Positions 28,330 to 39,471 of a stretch of DNA of 64,000 nt are shown here, one piece after another. Every line of letters begins with the position of its first letter. Position 1 is the stretch's first letter. A program made the position numbers and the translations under genes. The DNA is from Streptosporangiaceae bacterium (GTDB lineage: Bacteria; Actinomycetota; Actinomycetes; Streptosporangiales; Streptosporangiaceae), in the NCBI GenBank assembly GCA_036496945.1, contig DASXKI010000386.1:39-64038 (forward strand). The letters run 5' to 3'. The notes beneath the pieces are model-generated. The model was not told the origin of the DNA and made no database searches. It saw nothing but the letters and a program-made list of their open reading frames with translations.

Positions 28330-28740
28330 ATGACTATCGCGCTCCAGTATTGCAACATCACCGTCAACGACGTCGACGAGTCGATCGCCTTCTACGGCGG
28401 CGCGCTCGGCCTCCAGGTGCGCAACGACGTTGCCTCGGGCGGATTCCGCTGGGTCACGCTCGGCAGCGACGCGCAGCCCGGACTCGAGATCGTTCTCTCT
28501 GTACCTCATGCCGGCCGCTCGCAGGCCGACGGTGACGCGCTGCAGGAACTCCTCACCAAGGGCGTCCTGCCCATGTTCGTGTTCCGCTCCGACGACGTCG
28601 ACGCGACCTTCGAGACTGTGCGCGCATCGGGGGCCGAGGTCCTCCAGGAGCCCATCGACCAGCCCTGGGGCCCGCGCGACTGCGCGTTCCGTGACCCGTC
28701 CGGCAACACCGTCCGGATCGCGCAGGCGCCAAAGGCCTGA
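28330..28740 (+). CDS. VOC (glyoxalase/bleomycin-resistance/dioxygenase) family protein
   Basis: 136 aa. The pattern FYGGALGLQV....GGFRWVTLG......LEIVL.....F.SDDVDATFE.VRASGAEVLQEP.DQPWGPRDCAFRDPSGN.VRI is typical of the family. Confidence 0.85.
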   Translation: MTIALQYCNITVNDVDESIAFYGGALGLQVRNDVASGGFRWVTLGSDAQPGLEIVLSVPHAGRSQADGDALQELLTKGVLPMFVFRSDDVDATFETVRASGAEVLQEPIDQPWGPRDCAFRDPSGNTVRIAQAPKA

Positions 28741-28902
28741 CTGCGCCGGATCATCGAAGCTCGGCGCATGCCCACACCCAGGCATCACGGACGACGAGCG
28801 CCGTACTATCACCGAGATGATGGCCAAAGGCAACTTCTGGCTTCCCGTTCGTCGTTAAGCCCGACAATCGGGTCGATGTGACCCACGACTTCAGGAGTGA
28901 CC

Positions 28903-29259
28903 ATGACCGGCTCTACCACCCAGGGAATCAAGATTGTCCTGCATCCCGTGTCCGACCTGGCGGCGGCCAAACCGGTGTACACCGCGCTGCTGGGCGGGCC
29001 GCCGCAGGCAGATTCGTCCTACTACGTCGGTTTCGAGGCCGCGGGCCAGCACATCGGGCTGGTGCCGGGCGGTGGACCGCAGGGCATGACCTCACCGGTG
29101 GCCTACTGGCAGGTGCCGGACATCGAGGCGAAGCTGGCTGAGGTCACGGCCGCGGGCGCGACCGTGAAGGAGCCCGCGCACGACGTCGGCGGCGGCCGCC
29201 TGGTGGCCACCTTCACCGACCTCGATGGTAACGTCCTCGGGCTGCTTCAGGACCCGTGA
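28903..29259 (+). CDS. VOC (glyoxalase-like) family protein
   Basis: 118 aa. ...VSDLAAAKPVYTALLG......VGF....HIGLVP...............W.V.DIEAKLAEVTAAGATVKEPAHDVGGGRLVATFTDLDGNVLGLLQ. AGGAG RBS 5 nt before ATG 28903. Confidence 0.75.
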   Translation: MTGSTTQGIKIVLHPVSDLAAAKPVYTALLGGPPQADSSYYVGFEAAGQHIGLVPGGGPQGMTSPVAYWQVPDIEAKLAEVTAAGATVKEPAHDVGGGRLVATFTDLDGNVLGLLQDP

Positions 29260-29361
29260 GGGCCCGCTCCCGATCCCGCACTCAGCGTCGTCGCGACGCC
29301 GAGCATCGCGGTTAACGAGATGCCCGACCGACTGCGGCCCCGCCGAACACAGGGAGACACG

Positions 29362-31755
<2,394 letters not shown>

Positions 31756-31785
31756 CCGAGGCCTACGCGCGGACCGGCCGGCCGG

Positions 31786-32892
31786 CTAGCCGACGACGCG
31801 GGCCGCAGGTTCACCCCACGGCTCGGCAGAAGTCGTGACCGTAGCACCCGAAGCCAGCGACGCGTCGATCGCGAGGCCCAGCAGGTGATCCTGGCATGCT
31901 CGTGCCAGCGGGTAGGGCGCCGGTCCCCGGTCGGTCGCCCACCGGGCGGTGGCCAGCAGCAGCTGGCCGACGGCTATTTCTTCGTCCATCAGCCGGTGCC
32001 CCAGAAACGGATTGCGCCACACGGGCTCACCCTGGAACGCGATCAGCTCGGTGTCGTAGCCGTCCAGGTGCAGGTCGTATCCGAGCTGCTGGCGCACCAG
32101 CGGCGACCGGATGATCGTGCTCGCATCCCTGGCGTAGGCCACATCGTCGTCGCTGATCTCGCCCCGGCTGCCACGGATCACGATCCGCCGGTGGCGAAGC
32201 TGGTTGTGCCACTGATTGGTGGTGAAGTCATACAGGCCCGAGCGGCCGTCTCCGAAGTCGAACGTGGCGAAGGTCGTGGTGGCGTCCTTGGCCTCGGTAT
32301 CGCCGGTCCAGCCGGCGCGGTCGAGTGGATCCAGCAAAGGCGCATGAACGAGGCTCGCGTTCACTCGCACGGGGTGGGCATCGTCGACGCCGAGCATGCT
32401 CCGGATCAAGGCGATGGCGTGATAGGTGTGAGTCGAGGAGACCTGGACGTTAGTGGCCTGCCCGATGACTCCATGGCGGATTAGTTCGGCCCGTGCGGCG
32501 TGTCCGGGCAGCAGCGGGTTCTGCTCGGCTACTTGCACCGTGCCGTGGGCTCCCACCTCGCTCCACAGCGCCCGCAGGGCGGCCGCGTCAGGTGCAGGCG
32601 GCGTCTCACTCAGCACCTTTGTCCCCGACAGGACCAGTTCGGTCACGATCGCCGGGTTGACATGCCACGGCAGGCTGGTGATGACGAAGTCGGGCCGGAT
32701 GCCCCGGAGCAACTCCAGCGGTGAGAGGAACGCCGGCACCCCCCACGCTGCCCGTAGCTCCTCGGCTCGGCCGGAACGGCGGACCGCGACGCCCGCCAGC
32801 TCCAGCTCCTGCGGGAGCAGGCCGGCTAGCTTCCTGAAGAACTCAGCGCGCCAGCCACTTCCCACGAGCCCGAATCTCGTAACCGTCATCAT
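31786..32892 (-). CDS. Gfo/Idh/MocA family oxidoreductase
   Basis: N-terminal Rossmann motif FGLVGSGWRAEFF, then DFVITSLPWHVNPAIVTELVLSGTKVLSETP. ATG 32892. Confidence 0.8.
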   Translation of the reverse strand: MMTVTRFGLVGSGWRAEFFRKLAGLLPQELELAGVAVRRSGRAEELRAAWGVPAFLSPLELLRGIRPDFVITSLPWHVNPAIVTELVLSGTKVLSETPPAPDAAALRALWSEVGAHGTVQVAEQNPLLPGHAARAELIRHGVIGQATNVQVSSTHTYHAIALIRSMLGVDDAHPVRVNASLVHAPLLDPLDRAGWTGDTEAKDATTTFATFDFGDGRSGLYDFTTNQWHNQLRHRRIVIRGSRGEISDDDVAYARDASTIIRSPLVRQQLGYDLHLDGYDTELIAFQGEPVWRNPFLGHRLMDEEIAVGQLLLATARWATDRGPAPYPLARACQDHLLGLAIDASLASGATVTTSAEPWGEPAARVVG

Positions 32893-33102
32893 GTCCCTTT
32901 CCTCTGGGCGGCCGAGGACCGGCCTGCACTGCCGCAGCTCACGATGATCCCACGCACCTCGCTGCGCCATCGTCGAGCAGCGCAGAACCGACGTTCGAGG
33001 AGCATTCCACGCCGAGCCGAACCTGCCCTGAGGCTGCCACCGGGCCCTGAGCTGCGTAGATGCACCCTGGCCTAAGGGCTACAGCAGTGAGAGGATAGGG
33101 GC

Positions 33103-33456
33103 GTGAGCGATGGCAGCAGGGACACCGACCTGGCCGACACCCTGGCCGAGGTCGGCCGGCGAGTAGGGCAGGCCATCACCGACGCCGTTGAGCGCATCCG
33201 CCCGGTCGCCGCTGCGGTCGGGGACGTGGTCAACCGTCCCGAAGTCCGGGCGGTGTTCGAGCGGGCGGAGCAAGCTCTGCGGCACAGGCCGTGCCTGTGC
33301 TTCTGCATGCGGGCTCATCCAGACGATCGCGGCATCTGCGAGACGTTCGACGCTGTCGTCACGGGCCAGCACAGCTTCGACCTGCTGGGTGACATCGACG
33401 TGCCGTTGTGCGCACCGTGCGCGGCGGCTCGGGCCGCGCGCGAATTCACTCGGTAA
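33103..33456 (+). CDS. hypothetical Cys-rich small protein
   Basis: 117 aa with a GTG start after a purine-rich stretch. Cys pattern CLCFC...GIC...PLCAPC. No family recognised with confidence. Confidence 0.5.
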   Translation: MSDGSRDTDLADTLAEVGRRVGQAITDAVERIRPVAAAVGDVVNRPEVRAVFERAEQALRHRPCLCFCMRAHPDDRGICETFDAVVTGQHSFDLLGDIDVPLCAPCAAARAAREFTR

Positions 33457-33557
33457 CGGCGCGCGAGTTCGCCGGGTGAGGTGCCGGGACTCCCCGCGGC
33501 TTCGCCAAGCGGGCAGCGAGACCGCCGGTAAGCCCCTGATTGGCCCGGACGAGCGCG

Positions 33558-34109
33558 TCAGCTGGTGGCGGCCTCGGCAGTCTCCGGCTGCTCCACGAGT
33601 TCGCCTTCCACCATGATCTGGACCTCCTCGCTCACGACGAGCCGGCCGTCCAGCACCATGTTGAAGCTGAGGCCGAAGTCCTTCCTGTTGATCGCGGCAC
33701 TGGCGCTGTAGGCGATCCGGTGTCCCATCATCCCAGGGTCGTTGAACTCCCCGTACTTCGTCACGCGGAGTGTCAGCGGGCGGGTGGTGCCCTTAATAGT
33801 CAGGTCGCCGGTCAGCGCGTAGCGGTCCGGACCGACCGGCTCGACCCTGGTGCTCACGAACTTGATCACCGGGTAGCTCTCGACGTCGAGAAAGTTCGGC
33901 GACCGGAGGTCGTTGTCCCTGGCCGGGTTGTTCGTGCGGATGCTCGCAGCCGACATGTTCACCTGGACCGAGGCAACTTCTGGATGCTCTGGGTCGATCT
34001 CAGCGGTCGCGCTGACCTCGTCAAAGTTGCCGCGCACCGTCATCATGCCGAGGTGCTTGGCGGAGAATTCGACTTGCGTGTGGTAAGGGTCGAGTTGCCA
34101 GCTGCCCAT
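33558..34109 (-). CDS. YceI family (polyisoprenoid-binding-like) protein
   Basis: W.LDPYHT.VEFSAKHLGMMTVRGNF.........D.......V.V...SI.T.N..RD.DLRSP.FLDVE.YP...F.S... is the YceI signature. Confidence 0.9.
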   Translation of the reverse strand: MGSWQLDPYHTQVEFSAKHLGMMTVRGNFDEVSATAEIDPEHPEVASVQVNMSAASIRTNNPARDNDLRSPNFLDVESYPVIKFVSTRVEPVGPDRYALTGDLTIKGTTRPLTLRVTKYGEFNDPGMMGHRIAYSASAAINRKDFGLSFNMVLDGRLVVSEEVQIMVEGELVEQPETAEAATS

Positions 34110-34239
34110 CGAGGGCCTCCCTGCCTCGCGTCATCAGCCTGCACGTGTTATCGCGTCGCAGTCGTGACCGTAGGGCGCGGGTCCGGCCGGGGCGCTCCGA
34201 TTCTGTTTCGAACCTTACCCGGGAAGTCGGCCGCTCATC

Positions 34240-34908
34240 TCACACGGGCCACTGTTCCCGGCGGTAGCCCATGTCCCAGAACATCCACTCGTAGCGGCTT
34301 GTCGTGCGGAAATGCCGGCGCACCCGTGCGTCCTCGGCCGCGGCAAGACCGGGACCGAGTTGGTCGGCGACGGCGATCACCTCCAACGCCTCGGCGCCAA
34401 ACTCCTCCGCGCCGTAGGTGTCGATCCACTTCTGGTAGCGCGAGTCTGGCGAGCCTCGACCCACCAGGTGCTTACCGACCTCCCAGTAAATCCAGTAGCA
34501 CGGCAGCACGGCACCGACGCCTTCGGCGAAAGAGCCGCCGCGAACCGCAGCCAGCAGGTAGCTGGTGTAGGCCAGCGTCGTCGGGGCCTCTTCGGCAGCG
34601 TCCAGAGCGGCCGGGTCGATGTCGAGGTCAGCTAGCAGCGACTCGTGCAGACTCATCTCGACTTCGACGATGCCCGCCGCATGCCGGGCGAACATTTCGG
34701 TGCCCGCGTTGTCGGGTGCCCGGCTGGCCACCGCGGCGAGTGCCTGGGCGTACCACCGCAGGTATAGCGCGTCCTGGACGACATAGAACGTGAACGCCTC
34801 CGACGGCAGGCTGCCATCGGTCAGTCCGCCGACGAACGGGTGCGCCAGGATGGCGGCGTAGATGTCGGCAGTGCTGTCCCACAGCTCAGCGCTGAAGCTG
34901 TCGCCCAT
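34240..34908 (-). CDS. tenA: TenA/thiaminase II family protein
   Basis: HPFV.GL.DGSLP.E.F.FYV.QD..YL..Y...LA......(P)...........E..LH.......... and ...Y.SYLL.........A...A.LPCYWIY.EVG fit the TenA/PqqC-like family. Confidence 0.85.
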   Translation of the reverse strand: MGDSFSAELWDSTADIYAAILAHPFVGGLTDGSLPSEAFTFYVVQDALYLRWYAQALAAVASRAPDNAGTEMFARHAAGIVEVEMSLHESLLADLDIDPAALDAAEEAPTTLAYTSYLLAAVRGGSFAEGVGAVLPCYWIYWEVGKHLVGRGSPDSRYQKWIDTYGAEEFGAEALEVIAVADQLGPGLAAAEDARVRRHFRTTSRYEWMFWDMGYRREQWPV

Positions 34909-34985
34909 CGTGTTGCTCCCGGTCCGGCCTCGATTCGGCTGTCAGCCAGGCGCAGCTTATCCGGGCCGGGAATCACGCGCTGCCG

Positions 34986-35720
34986 TCAGGCGGGCGTGTC
35001 ACGCCGGGCTAGCGTGCGAGGCCGGAAATATGGCTGGTCAGGAAGCAGGAACCCGGTCTGGACGGTGACCGGCCACACCGCGCTCAGCTCAGCGGCGATC
35101 GTGGCGATCAAGGCCCTGACGCCTTCGGCCGCGGACTCGTGCATGGCCTCGGCCACGATCAGCGCCGTCGTCGTGGCTGCCGACACCGCCGACAGCGCGC
35201 TCTGCCGGTTCGTCCAGCGCCGCGCGTGCACGTTCCGGGCATCGTCGGCGAAGATCACCTCACCGGCATATGGCTGCTCCGTCTTGCCGGAAAATGCGAG
35301 GTAATTCTCGGTGCCGTCCGCGTAGCGAACCTGGAGCGAGCCGGCGATCTGATCGACGTCGAGCACGGCGACGGGGATGGCGGATGCGAGCGAGATGGCG
35401 TTGCACAAATCGATGAGCGGGTGGATCGAGGGGAGTGACCGCTCCTTCCGGTAACGGCGCAGCAGCGCCTCGGACGCGCACCGGTACTGCGTCGGCTTGA
35501 GCCCCATCCGGGCGAAGGCACGGCGCCACGCCTGCGTCTGCGGCAGTTCTGCCTCTGACCAGCTCGCCAGGAAATCGTCGGCAGCGGCGTAGAACTTGCC
35601 GGCCCGGCCTGCCACCGCGGCAGCTGCGCCGCCGCTGGCCGTGATGCCGCCGACGAAGGCGACGCCGGCCGCCAGTTCGGGGAAGTCGACCCATATCTGG
35701 CCGGCATGCGAGAACTCCAT
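34986..35720 (-). CDS. B3/B4 tRNA-binding-domain-containing protein (PheT B3/4-like)
   Basis: WRRAFARMGLKPTQYRCASEALLRRYRKERSLPSIHPLIDLCNAISLASAIPVAVLDVD ... ARRWTNRQS is the B3/4 stand-alone family pattern. Confidence 0.75.
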   Translation of the reverse strand: MEFSHAGQIWVDFPELAAGVAFVGGITASGGAAAAVAGRAGKFYAAADDFLASWSEAELPQTQAWRRAFARMGLKPTQYRCASEALLRRYRKERSLPSIHPLIDLCNAISLASAIPVAVLDVDQIAGSLQVRYADGTENYLAFSGKTEQPYAGEVIFADDARNVHARRWTNRQSALSAVSAATTTALIVAEAMHESAAEGVRALIATIAAELSAVWPVTVQTGFLLPDQPYFRPRTLARRDTPA

Positions 35721-36724
35721 CAGTCAAGCCTCCCATCAGCGGGCGCTACGGCGCAGCTAGCCAGCGTGCCAGGGCGAGGGACAGGGCCAGGGCGAGGGCG
35801 AGAACGAGACCACAGGCCGGCGCCGAGTCCGGTCAGCACGACCCCCATGCCGGCCCACATGAGCGGGCTGGGTGCCCGGCCGCCTGTGGCGATCCCGGTC
35901 AGGGCCGCCGCTACCGGGGCGATACCGGTCAGCAGGCCCACCCGCCCCGGCCCGAGCGCCGCGACCGTCGTGTACCACAACACGAACGCGGCCACGGTCA
36001 CCAGCAACGCCAGGTACGCGATCGCGCCGAGGTCGGCAGCCGACAGGCGGGTGACCGCCGCCGGGCCCTCGGTTATGCCAGCCAGCGTCGTGAACATGAC
36101 AGCGCCCATCCACACCGAGTGGACCGAAACCCCCCAGGGTCCGTGCCGCCCCAGCACAGGAACAGCCAGGAGCGTGAAAGCCGCCTCGGTGGCCAGCGCC
36201 ACGACCGCCCAGGCGATGCCGGCCGCATCGCCGTGGCCGGCGCCTTCTACCAGGACCGCACCCGCAGTGACGACGACCGCAGCCAGCACGATCTTTCGCT
36301 GCGGCGCCTGACGCTGCAGTAGCGGCCCGAACACGCCGAGCACGACGGGGGCGCACGCCACGGCCACGGCGATCATCGCCGGCTGCGCGTGCGCCACGCC
36401 GCGCACGACGGCGATGTTGAACAGCACCAGGCCAGTGGCAGCGATGCCGGCCAGCCACAGCCACTCGCGGCCTCGCGGCGCCGCGATCCGAATGCCCAGG
36501 AACCGGGCAAGCGCCGCCAGGACGACGGCGGCCACGCCGTAGCGGATGGCCTGCGCCATCAGCAGCGGGGCCGTTGTCAGCGCGGCGGACACAGCGACGC
36601 TGCTGCCGACGAACACCATGCCAAGGACACCAGGGGCAACGGTGCGCGGTCCCTGCGGGACCTGGTCCCGTTCGATGACGACACTCACGTCTCGCGACTC
36701 TGCCGGAATAATGGACCAATGCAC
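35720..36724 (-). CDS. EamA/DMT-superfamily transporter
   Basis: About 10 hydrophobic helices. Its stop overlaps the B3/4 gene start (TGATG). GTG start at 36724, divergent from the MocR regulator. Confidence 0.8.
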   Translation of the reverse strand: MHWSIIPAESRDVSVVIERDQVPQGPRTVAPGVLGMVFVGSSVAVSAALTTAPLLMAQAIRYGVAAVVLAALARFLGIRIAAPRGREWLWLAGIAATGLVLFNIAVVRGVAHAQPAMIAVAVACAPVVLGVFGPLLQRQAPQRKIVLAAVVVTAGAVLVEGAGHGDAAGIAWAVVALATEAAFTLLAVPVLGRHGPWGVSVHSVWMGAVMFTTLAGITEGPAAVTRLSAADLGAIAYLALLVTVAAFVLWYTTVAALGPGRVGLLTGIAPVAAALTGIATGGRAPSPLMWAGMGVVLTGLGAGLWSRSRPRPGPVPRPGTLASCAVAPADGRLD

Positions 36725-36761
36725 AGGTCCAATGCCTAGCTAGATGGCAGGTCCATAATGG
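36708..36761. promoter_or_regulatory. three GGTCCA-type repeats in the 33-bp eamA/mocR divergent gap (candidate MocR operator)
   Basis: ATAATGGACC at 36708-36717 is the inverted partner (9/10) of GGTCCATAAT at 36750-36759. A further direct half-site AGGTCCAATG lies at 36725-34. Confidence 0.4.
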
Positions 36762-38221
36762 GAACGGACTTTCTTCAGCTCGACCGGGCTTCGGCACCGG
36801 CGGGAGGCTTGTCGGACTGGCTGACCACGCAGCTGCGCAGCGCAATCGCCGACGGTCGCCTTCCTGTCGGCAGCACGCTGCCCGCGAGCCGGGTGCTGGC
36901 CGGCGAGCTGAGCGTGTCGCGCGGCGTGGTCGCTGAGGCCTATCAGCGGCTTGCCGAGGAGGGACATGTGGCCGGCCGTGGCCGGGCCGGGACCAGGGTG
37001 GTCGCCGCGCCTATCGGGGTGCCAAGCGTGCCGCTGAGCCTGGCGGCGCCCGAGCGCCAGACTTTGGGCGGCGCTCCCGGCGCCGCGGTTTTCGAGGCTC
37101 TGCGGGCGATTCCGTGCCGGATCGACCTATCTCCCGGAGTGCCGGACCTGGCCGCGTTCCCGCGCTCGGCATGGCTGCGCGCCGAGCGCACGGTGCTGAG
37201 CGATCTGGCGCCTGCTGGCTTCGGGTACGGCGACCCGCGCGGGGCCACGGCGTTCCGGGTCGCGGTGGCCAACTGGCTTGCTCGCAATCGCGGCATCCGC
37301 GCCGCCCCCCACGAGGTGATCGTCACGGCTGGCGTCGCGCAGTCCCTGGCGCTGCTGGCGCGGGTGCTGCGTCAGGCGGGAGTATCCGAGGTCGCGGTGG
37401 AAGATCCGGGCTCGCTGGGTGCCCGGCAGCAACTGCAGAGCTGGGGTCTTGGCACGCCGCCGGTTGGTGTCGACGACCGGGGCTTGCGCGTGGGCGAGCT
37501 GCGCGCAAGCGGCGCGGCGGCCGTCATGATCACTCCGGCGCATCAGTTCCCGACGGGCGTTGTCCTCGACGGCGCCAGGCGCCGTGAGCTGCGCCAATGG
37601 GCCATTGACGGCGGGCTGGTCATCGAGGACGACTACGACGCCGAGCACCGTTACGACCGGCCGCCCGTGCCTGCCCTGCGCGCGGCGCTGCCTGACCGGG
37701 TCTGCTACGCGGGCAGCGTCTCCAAGCTGCTCGCCCCGGCGCTGCGAGTGGGCTGGCTGCTGGTCCCGCCGGCCCTGCATGACGCCGTCGTGGCGGCTAA
37801 GCGGGACACCGACCTTGGCAACGCCGTCCTGCCGCAACTCGTCCTCGCCGAGCTGATGGCGTCCGGCGAGCTGGAACGGCATCACCGGCTGCTGCGCAAG
37901 CGGCACGTGCGCCGTCGTGACGCCATGATGCAGGCGGTCGGTGCGCACCTGCCGCGGGCGCGGGTACACGGCGCCGCCGCGGGCCTGCACCTCACGCTGA
38001 CCTTCGGCGAGCGCGTCTCTGATGTGGCCGGACAGCAGCCGGATGCCGACCTCGCTGCCGCTGCGCTCGAGCGCGGTGTTAAGACACAGCCGCTGTCGTG
38101 GCACAGGCAGCGGCCAGGACCGCCTGGCCTCGTCCTCGGCTACGCCGCCAGCACGCCGGCCCAGATCGATGACGGCGTCGCGGTCATCGCCGGCGTCCTC
38201 CGGTCGTGGCGCGTCAGCTAG
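36758..38221 (+). CDS. MocR/PdxR-like regulator (GntR HTH fused to a PLP-dependent aminotransferase-fold domain)
   Basis: HTH: LPASRVLAGELSVSRGVVAEAYQRLAEEGHVAGRGRAGTRV. It is followed by a roughly 350-aa class-I aminotransferase-like domain (…YGDPRG...TAGVAQSL...PAHQFPTG...SVSKLLAPALRVGWL). Confidence 0.9.
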   Translation: MGTDFLQLDRASAPAGGLSDWLTTQLRSAIADGRLPVGSTLPASRVLAGELSVSRGVVAEAYQRLAEEGHVAGRGRAGTRVVAAPIGVPSVPLSLAAPERQTLGGAPGAAVFEALRAIPCRIDLSPGVPDLAAFPRSAWLRAERTVLSDLAPAGFGYGDPRGATAFRVAVANWLARNRGIRAAPHEVIVTAGVAQSLALLARVLRQAGVSEVAVEDPGSLGARQQLQSWGLGTPPVGVDDRGLRVGELRASGAAAVMITPAHQFPTGVVLDGARRRELRQWAIDGGLVIEDDYDAEHRYDRPPVPALRAALPDRVCYAGSVSKLLAPALRVGWLLVPPALHDAVVAAKRDTDLGNAVLPQLVLAELMASGELERHHRLLRKRHVRRRDAMMQAVGAHLPRARVHGAAAGLHLTLTFGERVSDVAGQQPDADLAAAALERGVKTQPLSWHRQRPGPPGLVLGYAASTPAQIDDGVAVIAGVLRSWRVS

Positions 38222-38282
38222 CTAGTGCTTCGCCTAGCCAGTGCTCCGGCTAGCCAGTGTTTCGGATAGCCAGTGCTCCGGA
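38219..38282. repeat. 16-bp tandem repeat x4 (TAGCCAGTGCTCCGGN)
   Basis: Units at 38219-34, 38235-50, 38251-66 and 38267-82. The first unit contains the mocR TAG stop. Confidence 0.9.
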
Positions 38283-38326
38283 AGCCGGGGTGATGATCGC
38301 CGGAAACGTCCCCGGGCCCGGCGAAC

Positions 38327-39265
38327 TCAGCCGTCGGCTCGGCGAGCGCGCGGGGCGCCGGGCCCGGCGGTGGCCGCCTCGGCGGTCGTACGCGCGTCTT
38401 CCTCGCCGTCTATCAGGTGGCTATGGCTGAGCGCGGTGACGCCAGCGACGAGGAGCGCGAGCGCGAGCGCCTCGACGGCAAGGTCGCCGGTGCTGGCCTC
38501 GAAATGCTCGCCAAACAGGAACAGGCCCAGGAGGCTCGCCGCGAGCGGATCGAGAATCGTGAAGCCTGGCTGCGACGCCGCGAGCGGGCCAGCGGCCAGC
38601 GCGTGCGAGGCCAGCAGCAGGCTCATCGCTCCGGCGCCAAGCAGCACGTAGACAGACCAGTTGGAGAAGATCGCCGCGGCGCCGTCGCCCAGATGCGAGC
38701 TGAACTCCTTGATCACGGCTGCGACGAACCCCCACGCGACCCCGGTGACGGCGCCGAGCACGGCCGCCCGCTGCGCGGCGGACGCCGCCGACCTGCGGTG
38801 CCGCAGCCCGAAAGTCGCCGCGATCCCGGCCAGCACGACCCCGATGGTCGCCAGGCCCGCGAGTAGCCACAGCGACGCGGCCGCGTGCTGCCGCCCGCCC
38901 GACGGCGACGCGGCGAACAGGAACAGGCCAAGCCCTGCCGACATCGCGGCCGCGGCCAGCCAGTCGCGTCGCCGGACGGTGCGTGAGCTCAGCAGCGCCA
39001 TGTAGCCGAACACGAACAGCAATTCCAGCGCGAGGATGGGCTGGACTAGTGCCAGCGCGCCATAGTGCAGGGCCGTGAGCTGGAAGACAAAACCGAGGAT
39101 CATGCTGGCGATGCCAGCAAGCCAGATTGGACGTCGGGCCAGCCGGAAGACCAGCCAGATATCGAGACTGGTCGGGTGGCTGTCCCTAGCGCCGATGCGC
39201 TGGCACACCGAGGACGTGGCCGTGCAGACGCTGGCTAGCAGCGCGAACGGGATCGCCTTTTCCAA
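38327..39265 (-). CDS. DMT family transporter
   Basis: 312 aa with about 10 TM helices. TTG start at 39265 with GGAGGG 4 nt upstream. Confidence 0.8.
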   Translation of the reverse strand: MEKAIPFALLASVCTATSSVCQRIGARDSHPTSLDIWLVFRLARRPIWLAGIASMILGFVFQLTALHYGALALVQPILALELLFVFGYMALLSSRTVRRRDWLAAAAMSAGLGLFLFAASPSGGRQHAAASLWLLAGLATIGVVLAGIAATFGLRHRRSAASAAQRAAVLGAVTGVAWGFVAAVIKEFSSHLGDGAAAIFSNWSVYVLLGAGAMSLLLASHALAAGPLAASQPGFTILDPLAASLLGLFLFGEHFEASTGDLAVEALALALLVAGVTALSHSHLIDGEEDARTTAEAATAGPGAPRARRADG

Positions 39266-39471
39266 TCGCCCTCCAGCCTGTCTGCTCGATCACTGCGCCG
39301 GTACGTTCCGGCGACGTTCTGCTCGCATTCAGGTTTAACTCTGACGTTAACGTTAGATCTAGGCCCCTAGCGAGCTTACGCTGGGTGCGTTCGCGCTAGG
39401 CGGACACGCGCCACCCCACGATCCCGCACGCAGCACCGACGGCGCACGGAACCCTGGACACTCGTGCCCGA

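Noticed and set aside
34909-34985. A TPP riboswitch upstream of tenA.
   Set aside because: The 77-nt gap lacks the conserved CUGAGA and ACCUGA elements. tenA more likely belongs to the upstream eamA/B3-4 transcription unit.
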